A stretch of 64,000 nt of DNA, from positions 43,772,001 through 43,836,000 of the forward strand of contig CM069138.1 of NCBI GenBank assembly GCA_035221665.1, given 5' to 3'. Made by a program: the position numbers and the translations under genes. This document shows positions 53,701 through 64,000 of the stretch, in pieces; positions within the stretch are counted from its first letter, which is position 1; every line of letters starts with the position of its first letter. Under the pieces are notes generated by a model, which did no database searches, was not told the origin of the DNA, and was given only the letters and a program-made list of their open reading frames with translations. Origin of the DNA: Okamejei kenojei. Lineage: Eukaryota.

Positions 53701-56700
53701 GTTTGTACGATCTACCTGTGACCGTGTGGGGATTTTTCACGGTTTCCTCCCGCACTGCAAAGACGTGCAGGTTTATAGCTTAATTGGCTTTGGCCCAATT
53801 GTAAATAGTCTCTAGTGTGTGGAATAGTGCTAGTGTACGGGGTAATCGCCGGTCAGCACGGACTTGGTGAGCTGAAGGACCTGCTTCCGTGTTGTATCTC
53901 TGAAGTAAACCAAGCTTCAGTGAGCGGATGGAGCGCCCAGTGATCATTCACTGGTGACCTAGATGCCAAATGGTGAGACACAGTTACCAGCGCTTTACCA
54001 AGCCTTGGGTGGATCAGCACAGGTGTCAATTCCTGCCACCACCGTTGCTGCCACCAAACAGCATGCCACATCTAACACACAATTTCTCAAAAGATACCAC
54101 CTTGGATGACCTACTTGTTCCACTATTTGCACCCTAGTACCTCTTTGTTCCCCAGCCAACAATGGGGCATTGTGGTCTCCACCTTTCCTTGATCATCCAT
54201 TGCCAGCCTTGATTTGTTCTGGTTTTCCTACCTCCAGTCCCCCTTCTTTCAGTCCGAAGAAGGGTCCTGACCCAAAACGACACCCATCATTTTTCTCCAG
54301 AATGCTGCCCGACCCTCTGAGCTACTCCAGCACTTTGTGTCTACCTTCTCAAAAGACAGTATTGCACAAAGGTGTATTTGTAAACCTTGTCACCTTAATC
54401 CATGTTTTAAAAAAAAAACAAGGGTTCCACAAGTCCAATCTTGTCAACAGGAGTCAAACCCGACGCAAGAGATAAATGAATGAACAATTCCATGGGTTCA
54501 AACCAAAGTTCAGAGTTCAGAAAACAAATATTGCACGAGATTTTCAGCAGGTTGTTACTCTCCTGGCCCACCATATCAAAGCAGCTACAACATTGTGCAG
54601 AGAAGGGGGACAGGGAAAGAAAGCAGAGGGGATAGAGATAAAATTAAGTCAGGATGAATTAGCTTCCTCATAATCCAGCAGAAAGCAAGTGTTTTGTTTG
54701 TGAAAAATCCCTTGATAAAGACATTAACCGAGCAACACATTCTGGAAGAGGAAGGAAAGACAGTGCTGCAGTAAATCAGTGGATCAGGCATCAGAATTGG
54801 CAACGATATTTTGTTCAGACCGCAAGGTCTGAATGACAAAGTTTTCCAAGTTCCAAGTTCCACATCAGGAGAACATAGATGGGTGACATTTCAGGTCGGG
54901 ACCCTTCTTTGGGGAAAGGATTAGCAGGCCAAAGGGCAGAATTGGTGTAGCGGTAGAGGTATTGCCTCACGGCACCAGAGACTCGGGTTCAATCCCGACT
55001 ATGGGTGCTGTCTGTGTGGAGTTTGCACGTTCTCCGTGACCGCGTGGGTTTCCTCCAGGTGCTCCGGTTTCCTCCCACATCCCAAAGATGTGTAGGTTGG
55101 TAGGTAATTGGTGTCTGTAAATTGCCCCGAGCGTGCAGGGATGGGATGAGAGAGAGTGGAGAACTCTGACGTTTTGGTTCAGGTCATTCTGAATGAGAAT
55201 GTGAACACCACATGGCCTTTATCCTCAGCCACTTAGGAGCAAATCAGTCCATCAATCCAGGCAGAGAGGATTTTATGCCTGCATATAGAGGACAGGCAGT
55301 CTGTCTCACACCTCTTGCATTAATTCCTGGCCTTTGTTCCAACCTTCTGCCCATTAAAAACCACTCCCTCGTCTGTGTCCACCTGTTACGCTTTGTCCTC
55401 CGCTCTCCCATTCTTCCCCCTCCCCCCCCTAAAAGCAGCCAGAAATAGGGTCCCAACCCAAAACGTCACCTATCCATGTTCTCCAACGATGCTGCTTGAC
55501 CCGCTGAGTTCCTCCAACAGTCTTTAAAAAAAGAATACATAAATCTCTCAGATTTAATGGTGATCTTTGGGCTATCCGCTCACTCGAGCACGATACTCAC
55601 CAGGGGTGATCTATGATGACATCCTCTTTCAATCAAAATATTGGTCTCCGACCCAGGGTGTGATCATTGTTCCCCCAATCTCATCCACAGCAAACATCTG
55701 TGCAAAACCCTTGCTACAATCTCAGCCGCCACGATCTAAATAATCTCCTCCTCATTCACTTCTCCAACCTCCTGCAGCAAACAGAGGGTCAGGGAGTAAA
55801 AGGTGAGGAATCAGATTCTTCACAATTCTCAAGCATTCCCTTACAGTTAATTCGCAGCATCTTGCATAGACCAGAACACTACAGCACGAGAACAGGTCCT
55901 TCAGCCCACAACGTCCATGCCCAACATGATGCCACGGCACATGAACAGGGTGGCACAGTGGAGCCCTGGGCTTGATCCTGTCTATGGCTGCTGACTGAAT
56001 GGAGATAGTATGTTCTCCCTGTGACTGCGTGGGTTTTCTCCGGTTTCCACCCGCATCCCAAATACTTGCAGGTTAATTGGCTTCTGTAATTTGTCCCTAG
56101 TACGTAGGATAGGACTAGTGTACAGGCAATCACTGGTTGGAGCACACTCAGTGGGCCAAAGGGCCTATTTCCACCCTGTATCTCTAAACTACACCAAGTT
56201 AAACTAATCATATCTGCCTGCACACAATCCGTATCCCTCCATTCCCTGCGTATCCAAGTGTTTATCTAAAAGCCTCAAACATCACTGTCATATCTACCTG
56301 CATCCCCGGCAACATGTTCCAGGCATCCACCACATCTCTTTTAAACTTTGCCCCTCTCACCTTAAAGCTATGTCCTCTAGTATTTGGCATCTCCACCCAG
56401 CAAAGGGGTTCTGACTGCCCCACACATTTAAATGCACGAAGAGTTTGGAAAAAGCACCCACCCCCTTTTCAGTTTTCCCCAACACATGCCTAAATCACCA
56501 CTTGATTATCTGCCGCTAACAACTCTTCACCACCAGTTGCGTGTTTGTCAGGGCGGCCGAGAGTTCTTATCTTTAAGGCAGGATCTGATGAGCGTCTGCA
56601 CTCTTAGGATTTGAGACTAGGGCTTAAAAAAATTGGAAGGAGTCTGAAATCTTGCAGTTGCCGCAGTCTTTGACCTTCCTCCTACAATATCAAGAACTTG

Positions 56701-59700
56701 CAACATCCACTCAGCCACACAAGGCTCACTTCCTGTACACTGAATCAAGATAGTCAGATGGCTGGCATCAAGAACTATGGGTGAACATGCACAGTTAATG
56801 CACACACCTTTTCAGTGAGAGCAAGCTTCAAGTGAGAAATTAAACACTGCAAAACAGTTGAGAAGCAAAGCACCCAATGAACGAGATAATTAGCAAGAAA
56901 ACACCACAGAACTAGACAGGGTAAGAGCATACCGGCCATCAAAACAACGGAACAAACGAGTGTTACAACAAGAATTAAAATGTGTGCGTGCGCGCTCCCA
57001 ACCCTTGTGCGCTCACGGCAAAAATAATGGAATAGTTTTTGGAGAAAGTGTTTCAAACTGCCAGGGATGGAGGTGAAGGCAGAAACGATAGCAATGTTTG
57101 AGGCTTTTAGATATACACATGCAGGGAATGGAGCGATGTGGATCACTTGCAGGCAGAGGAGATGACCTTAATGGAATCATGTTCGGGACAGACATGGTGG
57201 GCCAAAGGGCCTGTTCCCAAACTGTGTTTTTATATACTAGCCAACGTGATCATTGTAATTAATGGTCTATTATTCACATTGCAGCAGTTTGCAACAAAGA
57301 ATCCAAGGATTTTGAGTGTCAGATACAAAAGCAAACTTAAGATTGGACACTAATCAAAAGACAGAATTGAAAGTAGTACATATCGTTACAAAGAATGAAA
57401 ATGAAAACTAGTTTCAGCTTCCTTCATCTGACAATACTTGCAGCCATCTACCAGTAGCACTGCTTAGCAGCAGTGAGTTTATACTTTAGAAATACAGTGT
57501 GGCCCACGAGTCCATGCCGACCAGCGATCACCCCATACATCAGCACTAACCTAACACTAGGGACAATTTACAAAGGCCAATTAACCTACAAACCTGTAGG
57601 TCTTTGGAGCGTAGGAGGAAACATGGTTACAGGGAGAACGTACAAACACCGTGCAGACAGCACCCCTAGTCAGGATCGAACCCGGGTCGCTGGGGCTGCA
57701 AGGCAGCAACTCTAATGCTGCACCACCGTGCCACTCTAAATGGGACACCTCTTTCCCCGAGCTGAACTGTGCCCACAATATCCAAGGGACAAGCAAAGTC
57801 ACCATCTGGAGTACTGTACAGACTTGTGATCTCAGTGCTGCCCTGCTCACTTCCTCAAATGGTGCACTGGGAGAGTAGCAAACTAACTGAGAGGGGTTAA
57901 TAGGCTGATGGTGGACAAAGACCAGAAATGAAAAAGTGTGTGAAACAAAATAATTGAAGAGTTGCAAATTGTGAAGCTAGAGGAAGGAATGTGGGTGGAG
58001 AGAAATAGGTGCGAGTCCGGGTGGGACATAGCAGAGGGAGAGGAAGAAAAGAAGGTGTTGGGGGGGGGGGGAGTAGAGAGAAGAACAGGGTGGGGAAGCT
58101 TTATGCAGTTTCCTAAAATTGGAGAATTCAGTGTTCATACCATTGTGATTTGTTCCTTGTATCCACAAAACACCCCAGTTGCTTCATTTTTCAGAAGTTC
58201 AGTTAGAAACACAAAATCTCATAGCTCTGGTCGCCCCAGGATGTGAACACTTTGGAGAGGGTGCAGATAAGGTTTATCAGAATGTCGACGCAAGGAACTG
58301 CAGATACTGGAATCTTACGCAGAACATAGTGCTGGAGTAACAAGGTCAGCAGATCAGGCAGCATCTGAAGGACATGGATAGGTGGTGTCTTGGGTCACGA
58401 CCCTGCTTCAGAACACTGCCTCAGTTAGGGGGCATTAGTTATAAAGACAAGACTTAGATTGTTTTCCCTGGTACACAGGGAGAGCCAATACAAGTACATA
58501 AAATAATGAGAGGCATAGATAGTGTATACAGTCTGAACCTTTTCCCCCCCATTGTGGAAATGTCAAAGACCAGAGGACATGGCTTTAAGGTGAAAGGGGC
58601 AAAGTATAAAAGTAATTATATGAGGCAAGTTTATTTTAATACACAGAGTGGTGGGTGCCTGCAACCTGCTGCCAGGGAGGAGGGGAGGGGTGACAGAGGA
58701 AGAAACAATAGGCATTTAAGAGGTTTTTAGATAGGTACATGGATATGCAGGCAATGGAGAGATATGGATCACGTACAGACAGAACAGATTAGTATTTTTG
58801 GACATTATGATGGACACTGACATTTTGAGCTGACATTTGTACCTTGACGCACGTGACAATAACCCCAAATGGACCAGGTGGACGGAAGGGCCTACTTCCC
58901 TGCTCCACATCTCTAGGACTTGTATAGGACCGCAGGTACGACCCAGAGCTTGGCAGACCACGATAGAGCTGCCAGCTGCATCTTCACTCCGAGGGAACAC
59001 TGCGCCCACCATCCCAACTTGGGAACTGCTCGGGTTAGGAACAGTTCACAGGAACACAAACTCGCTGTAACCGGATGATGAGATTAGTTTAGAGATACAG
59101 GGTGGTATCAGGCCCTTCAGATCTGCGCCAACCAACAATTAACCATACACACTAGCTCTATCCAACACACTATATCACAATTTACAAAGGCCAATTAGCC
59201 TAAAAAGCCACAAGTCTTTGGAGTGCGGAAGGAAACCAGAATACCCAGAGGAAACCCACGTGGTCACAGGGAGAACGTGCAAACTCCTCATTGGAAACAC
59301 ACTAGGTCAGGGTGGAACCCGGGTCTCTGGAGCTACTGTGCCACTGTGACTTGTACAACATCCAGTGTTGTGCAAATTGTAAACTGGTGTCCCGACTCAT
59401 TTGAGAAAGTGATGAGCACACAATGGCAGCCAACACTGCTCACGCTTGCCATCTCCAGCGAGAGGTAGACTGGGCGAGACTCAGTGCTGCAGGACCCACC
59501 CACCTTCGTGTGGACGGTGAATTTGACCTTCTCCCTCTCGCTGAGGGCATCGGGGATGTCGACCAGCACCGAGGGCTCTCCTTCCATGGATACGGAAGCC
59601 AGCTGAAATACAAAACAAAGCGGTGACGGCTTCCAGTGTAATATAGGCTACAGAGTAATATAGCCATTAGTCTGAAGAAGGGTCTCAACCCGAAACGTCA

Positions 59701-62700
59701 CCTATTCCTTCGATCCATAGATGCTTCCTCACCCGCTGAGTTTCTCCAGCATTTTTGTCTACATTAGATTCTAATGCTAAGTTCTAAAGATAGACACAAA
59801 GTGCTGGAATAACTCAGCATGTTCAGTTTAGTGTCACGTGTACAGAGGTTACAGTGAAAAGCTTTTGATGCGTGTTATATAGTCAGCAGAAAGACAATAC
59901 ACGATTACAATTGAGCCATACAGTGTTCAGTTTATTACAGTACATTTACAGCACAAGGGAATAACGGGTAAAGCCAGCAAAGTCCGATCAAGGAAAGTCC
60001 GCGGGTCACCAAAGAGGGTCAGACAGCACCTCTGGAGAAAAATGGTCCGACCCAAAACGTCACCCATTCCTTTTCTCCAGAGATGCTACCTGACTCATTG
60101 AGTTACTCCAACATTGTGTGTCTATCTTTGGTACAAACCACCATCTGCAGTTCCGTCAACATCTAATTAGACCAAATACTGTTAAGGGCAGGTGGAAAAT
60201 GTACATAGAACACAAGGTGTTGGAGTCCGGCGGCAACTCAGATTGCAGGGCCCTGACCCGAAACATCATCTATCCATGTTCTCCAGAGATGCTGCCTGAG
60301 TTACTCCAGCACTGTGTGTCTTTTTTTGTACACTAGCATCTGCTGTTGCTTGCGTCTACAGCTGGGAACTATGATCTGCACAGCAATTAAGCTGTACTGG
60401 CCCATTTCAACTACATTAAGGGACCCATTCACCAGGCAACTGTCAAAAAATAATCCAAACAATTAATTAGGGCATGATTTTTAAAAACACATGCGTCAGT
60501 TTTTCCACAGCGTGATGGTACTATGCCACAGCTGTTTCTAGATAAGGTTAATGGCATTTCATTAACACATTATAATTGGCAATCACACAACTGCAGAAGC
60601 TCAAAGTCAGAACAAACAGGGTCGTGACTCGAAACAACAACCCTGCCATTCCACGAGGCAGTCAGACATTCCCAACATTCTCCCAATTTTATTTCTAATG
60701 CCAATGAATATTTGTCACAAGAAAATTGTTGCATTTAAATATTGCTTTTCACATCCTTTTTGAATGTATTCAAGAGTTGGATACATCTCTTTGGGATAAC
60801 GGAATTCTAGGGATATGGGGAGAAAGCAGGAATGGGGTACTGATTCTGGCTGATCAGCCATGATCATATTGAATGGCGGTGCTGGCTCGAAGGGCCAAAT
60901 GGCCTACTCCTGCACCTATTTTCTATGGTCCGAAAATACTACACAGCTATTTAAGGACTTTTGAATTGTTGACAGCTCTAATATAGGTAAATGGAGACGC
61001 AAGGAACTGCAGATGATGGTTTACAAAAAAAAAAAGATGGTGCTGGAGCAACTCAGTGGGTCAGGCAGCATTTCAGGACAACATGGATAGGTCTTTAAAA
61101 AGGGAGATATCAGAAAGGGAGCTTCTAAGAGCTCTCTGAATGGTTGCATCATGGCCTAGTTTGGCAACTTGAACACCCAGGAATGAAGGAGACTCCAGAG
61201 AGTGCCCAGTCTATCTCGGGTACTGACCTCCCCACCAGGAATCTACTAGATGCACCAATGTCAAAGACCAACATCACACTGGCCACGCTCTCATCTCGCT
61301 GCCCCCATCTTGAAAAAGGTACAGGAGCCTGAAAACCCTGACCTCCAGGCTCAAGAACAGCTTCTTCCCAGCAACCATCAGGCTCTTGAACACTGCACAA
61401 CAAAGATCCTACAGCAAGCAAGATAGATCACTCGACGAAAAAGACGTAGTACGGTCATGGGCCGATTCATGGGTCATTTTCAGCCTCATTTCCGTAACCG
61501 GCTTCCTTCTCCGCACCAAAGATCCCACAGCGGAGCAAAGATACTAGTATGGAGACGGAAGCCGGTTACGGAAACATCCTCGTAAAAATAAAAGTTATTT
61601 GGTAAAAATCTTCTCATTTTCAGGATTATAATTTATTAACACAAACTGTTCCCCCGCAACGTTGGTACACTGTGAGTCGGATCGGGTCAGGTTACTGAAA
61701 TGGATGAAAAAAAGGCCCATGTTCCACTCCAGTGCATACTACACGTCAGCCAGAAAAGGAATAGATGATGTTTCAGGTTGGGGCCCTGCTGCTGTCTGTA
61801 GTCTGGAGTTCAGACCAGCAGTTTGAAGCTTCCAACCTGAAACTTCATCTATACTTTTTCTCCAGAGATGCTGCCTGCCCCGCTGAGTTACTTCAGCTTT
61901 TTGTGTCTATCTTTTGAACGGGCTGTTGTGCAAACCACAAGGTTGGTAGTGAGAATGATCCCATGGGTCAATCCACTCCAGGATGTCCTGCAGCATTCCA
62001 CAATTGACTGAATTCCAATTGGTACAAGGGCAAACAATACCCTGCCTTTTGTGCAAAGAATCTCAATCAACAAGTGAACTAATCAAGTGACCAAATGATT
62101 GATATACACAACTTTCTGCAGTAACTCAGCAGGCCAGGCAGCATCTCTGGAGAAAAAGTATAGATGAAGTTTCAGGTTGGAAGCTTCAAACTGCTGGTCT
62201 GAACTCCAGACTACAGACAGCAGCTGGGCCCCAACCTGAAACATCATCTATTCCTTTTCTCCAGTCGCTGCCTCACCCTCAGAGTTACTCCAGCATGTTG
62301 TGTCTATTTCCGGTATACACCCGCAACTGCTGTTCCTTCCTACACTAGTGACCAAACTACCCAGGCTGCTGATAACAACCAGGTCATCAAAGAAAACAGC
62401 TGACACAATCAAAGACTTGTCCCACCCCCGTCATTCCTTTTTACTCCCTGCTCCTCAGGCAGTTAGAAACACAAGTTTGAAAGCACATACCACCAGTCTC
62501 AGGAACTGCTCTTCCCCTCTAATGTCAGGCTTCTGAACATCCTTCTGTAAGCTAGGGAGGGTATTGTCCGATTCACCTCTACCCCATTGTGGACATTAGA
62601 CTTTGTGTCTGGAACTGATGCTCTACAATGTTGAGAACTATATTCTGCACTCTGTATCTTCCCCTTTGCTCAACATATTGTACTTTTGTTTGAAATGTAT

Positions 62701-63848
62701 TCATGTATATTATCTGATTTGATTCGATAGCATGTAAAACAAAGCTCAGCACTGTGCATTGATGCATATAAACTTCTGCATTTAGGACAAGTTTTATTTT
62801 TGCATTCACTAAACAGGATTTTGCATTAACATCTCATTTTTAAAAAAAAGGAATCTCCCATATGCAAACTTCTCTGGTCTCTGATAACAGGCACACAGTC
62901 GGGAATCAGAGTCTGCTCAATGATTACAACCCAGCCCAGTTGACATTAGCCCAATACACCTTCCCCAAAGCAGTAACATCCCTATAGAACAGAACAGCAC
63001 AGAAACATTTCCCAATGGCAAATATTAAATACTTGAAACGAAAAAGGTTGTATGGTTTTGGGAAAGGGGAGTGACACTAACTGTATAATTCTATCAACAT
63101 TCCAGAACACCTACATTGCCTTCTGGAATCTGACATTCTTGTGACTCCACAAGTAAAAAGGGCAGAAGCAACTACAAAAAAAGGTTGCTAAAACCAGTAA
63201 TCAGTTTGAAAGCATCACCAGAACATCAGGTGGAACTTAGGTCACATCTGCACAAAGGTTTTTGGAAACACAAGAAACTGCAGCTGCTGGAATCTTGAGC
63301 AAAATACAAAGTGTTGAAGAAACTATCAGCCTGTAGAAAGGTACCGACCGCAAACGTCGCCAGTCCATTCTCTCCACAGATGCTGCGCGGTGACCCGCTG
63401 AGTTCCTCCAGTACTTCGTGCTTTGCACAAGATTGTAAACCTGCATATGCAGTTCCTTGTGTCTACTCCCTAAAGATTCCCACTTCCAGGTTCTACTTGC
63501 TTATGTTTTAAAGAACCACAAAAGGCGTTATAAATGTAGCAGGAACCGCGCAGTCCCACCGCAGTTGAGCTCGGAGCTGCGGCTGAAGTCCCCAGTAAAC
63601 GTTTTAAAGAAGGAACTGCAGATGCTGGAGAATCGAGGGTTACACAAAAAGCTGGAGAAACTCAGCGGGTGCAGCAGCATCTAAGGAGCGAAGGAGATAG
63701 GCGACGTTTCGGGTCGAGACCCTTCTTCTGTACTCCCCAGTAAACGTTGTTGACCAATAATCAGGAAGACGCGGCGAGTGACTGGGCTGCAAACCACACG
63801 TTCCCCTACCTTGTTGCACTCACTCGGGTTCGCGGGACGCTCAGACAT
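36410..63848 (-). CDS. SNX5: Sorting nexin-5-like (PX-BAR) gene, 13 coding exons, 397 aa
   Basis: Exons of 39,99,111,122,124,96,106,76,40,87,160,86,48 nt (sum 1194) join in frame with GT-AG introns. Motifs [65 protein letters not shown] and [21 protein letters not shown] match SNX5 as I remember it. Family call is firm; SNX5 orthology is less so. Confidence 0.9.
37782..37971. mobile_element. hAT (Charlie-type) MITE
   Basis: TIRs CAGTGGTTCTTAACCT / AGGATAAGAACCACTG; 8-bp TSD CCCTAGTG (37774-37781, 37972-37979). Confidence 0.9.
38047..38132 (-). CDS. SNX5: SNX5-like coding exon 12 ([28 protein letters not shown])
   Basis: 86 nt, cag/gtgggt boundaries. Confidence 0.95.
38715..38874 (-). CDS. 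SNX5: SNX5-like coding exon 11 ([24 protein letters not shown]...[11 protein letters not shown])
   Basis: 160 nt, tag/gtacaa boundaries. Confidence 0.95.
38978..40031. mobile_element. Non-autonomous TIR DNA transposon (Tigger/pogo-like) inserted in a CR1 tail
   Basis: Imperfect TIRs CAGGTCCACCACTGATTTTCTAGCA / CAAGTTCACCACAGATTTTCTGGCA; CR1 tail sequence resumes on both sides. Confidence 0.6.
41699..41785 (-). CDS. SNX5: SNX5-like coding exon 10 ([29 protein letters not shown])
   Basis: 87 nt, tag/gtaatg boundaries. Confidence 0.95.
42609..43599. mobile_element. AT-rich non-autonomous DNA transposon with a 7-bp TSD
   Basis: Termini TAGCAATGTTACACAA / TAGGTATGTTACAAAA (reverse complement); TACTGTG at 42602-42608 and 43600-43606. 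Confidence 0.6.
44800..45390 (-). mobile_element. Divergent CR1/L2-group LINE 3' fragment
   Basis: [35 protein letters not shown]...[12 protein letters not shown], with frameshifts. Confidence 0.7.
45542..45581 (-). CDS. SNX5: SNX5-like coding exon 9 ([13 protein letters not shown])
   Basis: 40 nt, ttttccag/gtaagt boundaries, phase fits both neighbours. Confidence 0.92.
46897..46972 (-). CDS. SNX5: SNX5-like coding exon 8 ([24 protein letters not shown])
   Basis: 76 nt, cag/gtgagt boundaries. Confidence 0.93.
47101..47206 (-). CDS. SNX5: SNX5-like coding exon 7 ([35 protein letters not shown])
   Basis: 106 nt, cag/gtaag boundaries, start of BAR domain. Confidence 0.95.
48087..48182 (-). 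CDS. SNX5: SNX5-like coding exon 6 ([32 protein letters not shown])
   Basis: 96 nt, cag/gtattt boundaries. Confidence 0.95.
49897..50020 (-). CDS. SNX5: SNX5-like coding exon 5 ([24 protein letters not shown]...FLEYDQD)
   Basis: 124 nt, tag/gtaag boundaries. Confidence 0.95.
50793..50914 (-). CDS. SNX5: SNX5-like coding exon 4 ([40 protein letters not shown])
   Basis: 122 nt, tag/gtaag boundaries; SNX5/6-specific helical insert of the PX domain. Confidence 0.95.
51577..52315 (+). mobile_element. GC-rich non-coding retroposon
   Basis: Begins CCGGTGGCGCTG, ends TGACAATTAAA...(AAATC)n; splits a CR1 remnant; homologous to 22095-22935. Confidence 0.65.
52930..53040 (-). CDS. SNX5: SNX5-like coding exon 3 (TALPSFKK...[23 protein letters not shown])
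   Basis: 111 nt, cag/gtgagt boundaries, PX motif. Confidence 0.95.
59504..59602 (-). CDS. SNX5: SNX5-like coding exon 2 ([33 protein letters not shown])
   Basis: tttcag acceptor, AAG|GTGGGT donor, 99 nt, start of PX domain. Confidence 0.93.
59671..59761 (+). mobile_element. ~91-bp PLE-derived element with a hammerhead-like core
   Basis: CTGAAGA-AGGGT-CTCA-ACCC-GAAACGTC at 59672-59699; flanked by CATTAG direct repeats. Confidence 0.7.
61400..61750. mobile_element. Putative DNA transposon fragment with an internal 18-bp inverted repeat
   Basis: TTTCCGTAACCGGCTTCC (61489-61506) / GGAAGCCGGTTACGGAAA (61557-61574); repeated CAAAGATCCYACAGC. Confidence 0.45.
61752..62260. repeat. Near-perfect ~140-bp inverted repeat with ~230-bp spacer
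   Basis: 61752-61892 is the reverse complement of 62120-62260. Confidence 0.9.
63604..63733 (-). mobile_element. 130-bp PLE-derived element with a 15-bp TSD
   Basis: TCCCCAGTAAACGTT at 63589-63603 and 63734-63748; minus strand reads CAGAAGAAGGGTCTCGACCCGAAACGTC. Confidence 0.8.
63810..63848 (-). CDS. SNX5: SNX5-like coding exon 1 ([13 protein letters not shown])
   Basis: ATG at 63848, 39 nt, donor AAG|GTAGGG, phase 0 fits exon 2; lies in the CpG island. Confidence 0.75.
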
Positions 63849-64000
63849 CGCTCACTCCTGCAGGAGGAAAAGAGCAGCGTTAATGCAGGCAGCGCCGGCC
63901 CGGCTCCGCTCCGCTCCGCTCCCTTCCTCACTCCGCGCAACTCTGCCCAGGCTCCCGCCTCCACCGCCTCCGCATTGGCGCAGCGGCTCGACGCGTCACC

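Larger units (their letters stand above)
63540..64000 (-). promoter_or_regulatory. CpG island / promoter region of the SNX5-like gene
   Basis: High GC and CpG density, (CTCCG)n tract, CCAAT on the minus strand near 63975, surrounds the ATG exon. Confidence 0.7.

Noticed and set aside
55805-55835. TGTGAAGAATCTGATT on the minus strand, loosely like the SNORD17 box D end
   Set aside because: No matching box C or guide sequence at the expected distance, where a V-SINE lies instead

Overview
Vertebrate genomic DNA, most likely from a cartilaginous fish (skate/ray-like; inferred from HE1-type V-SINEs, CR1 LINEs with (TTTCTATG)n tails and Penelope remnants). The right half holds a complete minus-strand sorting nexin gene of the SNX5/6/32 family, most like SNX5: 13 coding exons at 36410-63848, 1194 nt, 397 aa, all introns GT-AG with consistent phases, and a CpG island at the window end. 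The left ~35 kb has no recognisable host gene apart from one candidate orphan exon and is dominated by transposable elements: a near full-length dead CR1, Rex1/L2/Vingi/Penelope/Gypsy fragments, V-SINEs, DeuSINE relics and several non-autonomous DNA transposons. There is a 158-N assembly gap. The most notable signals are (i) many short Penelope-derived elements carrying minimal hammerhead-ribozyme cores, some inserted as discrete units with target-site duplications (TSDs), (ii) a Crypton-like element bounded by palindromic direct repeats, (iii) a 28-bp copy of SNX exon 4 at a retroposon junction, and (iv) a 25x21-bp array at a CR1 5' junction. Family calls are by eye from remembered motifs; no searches were run.
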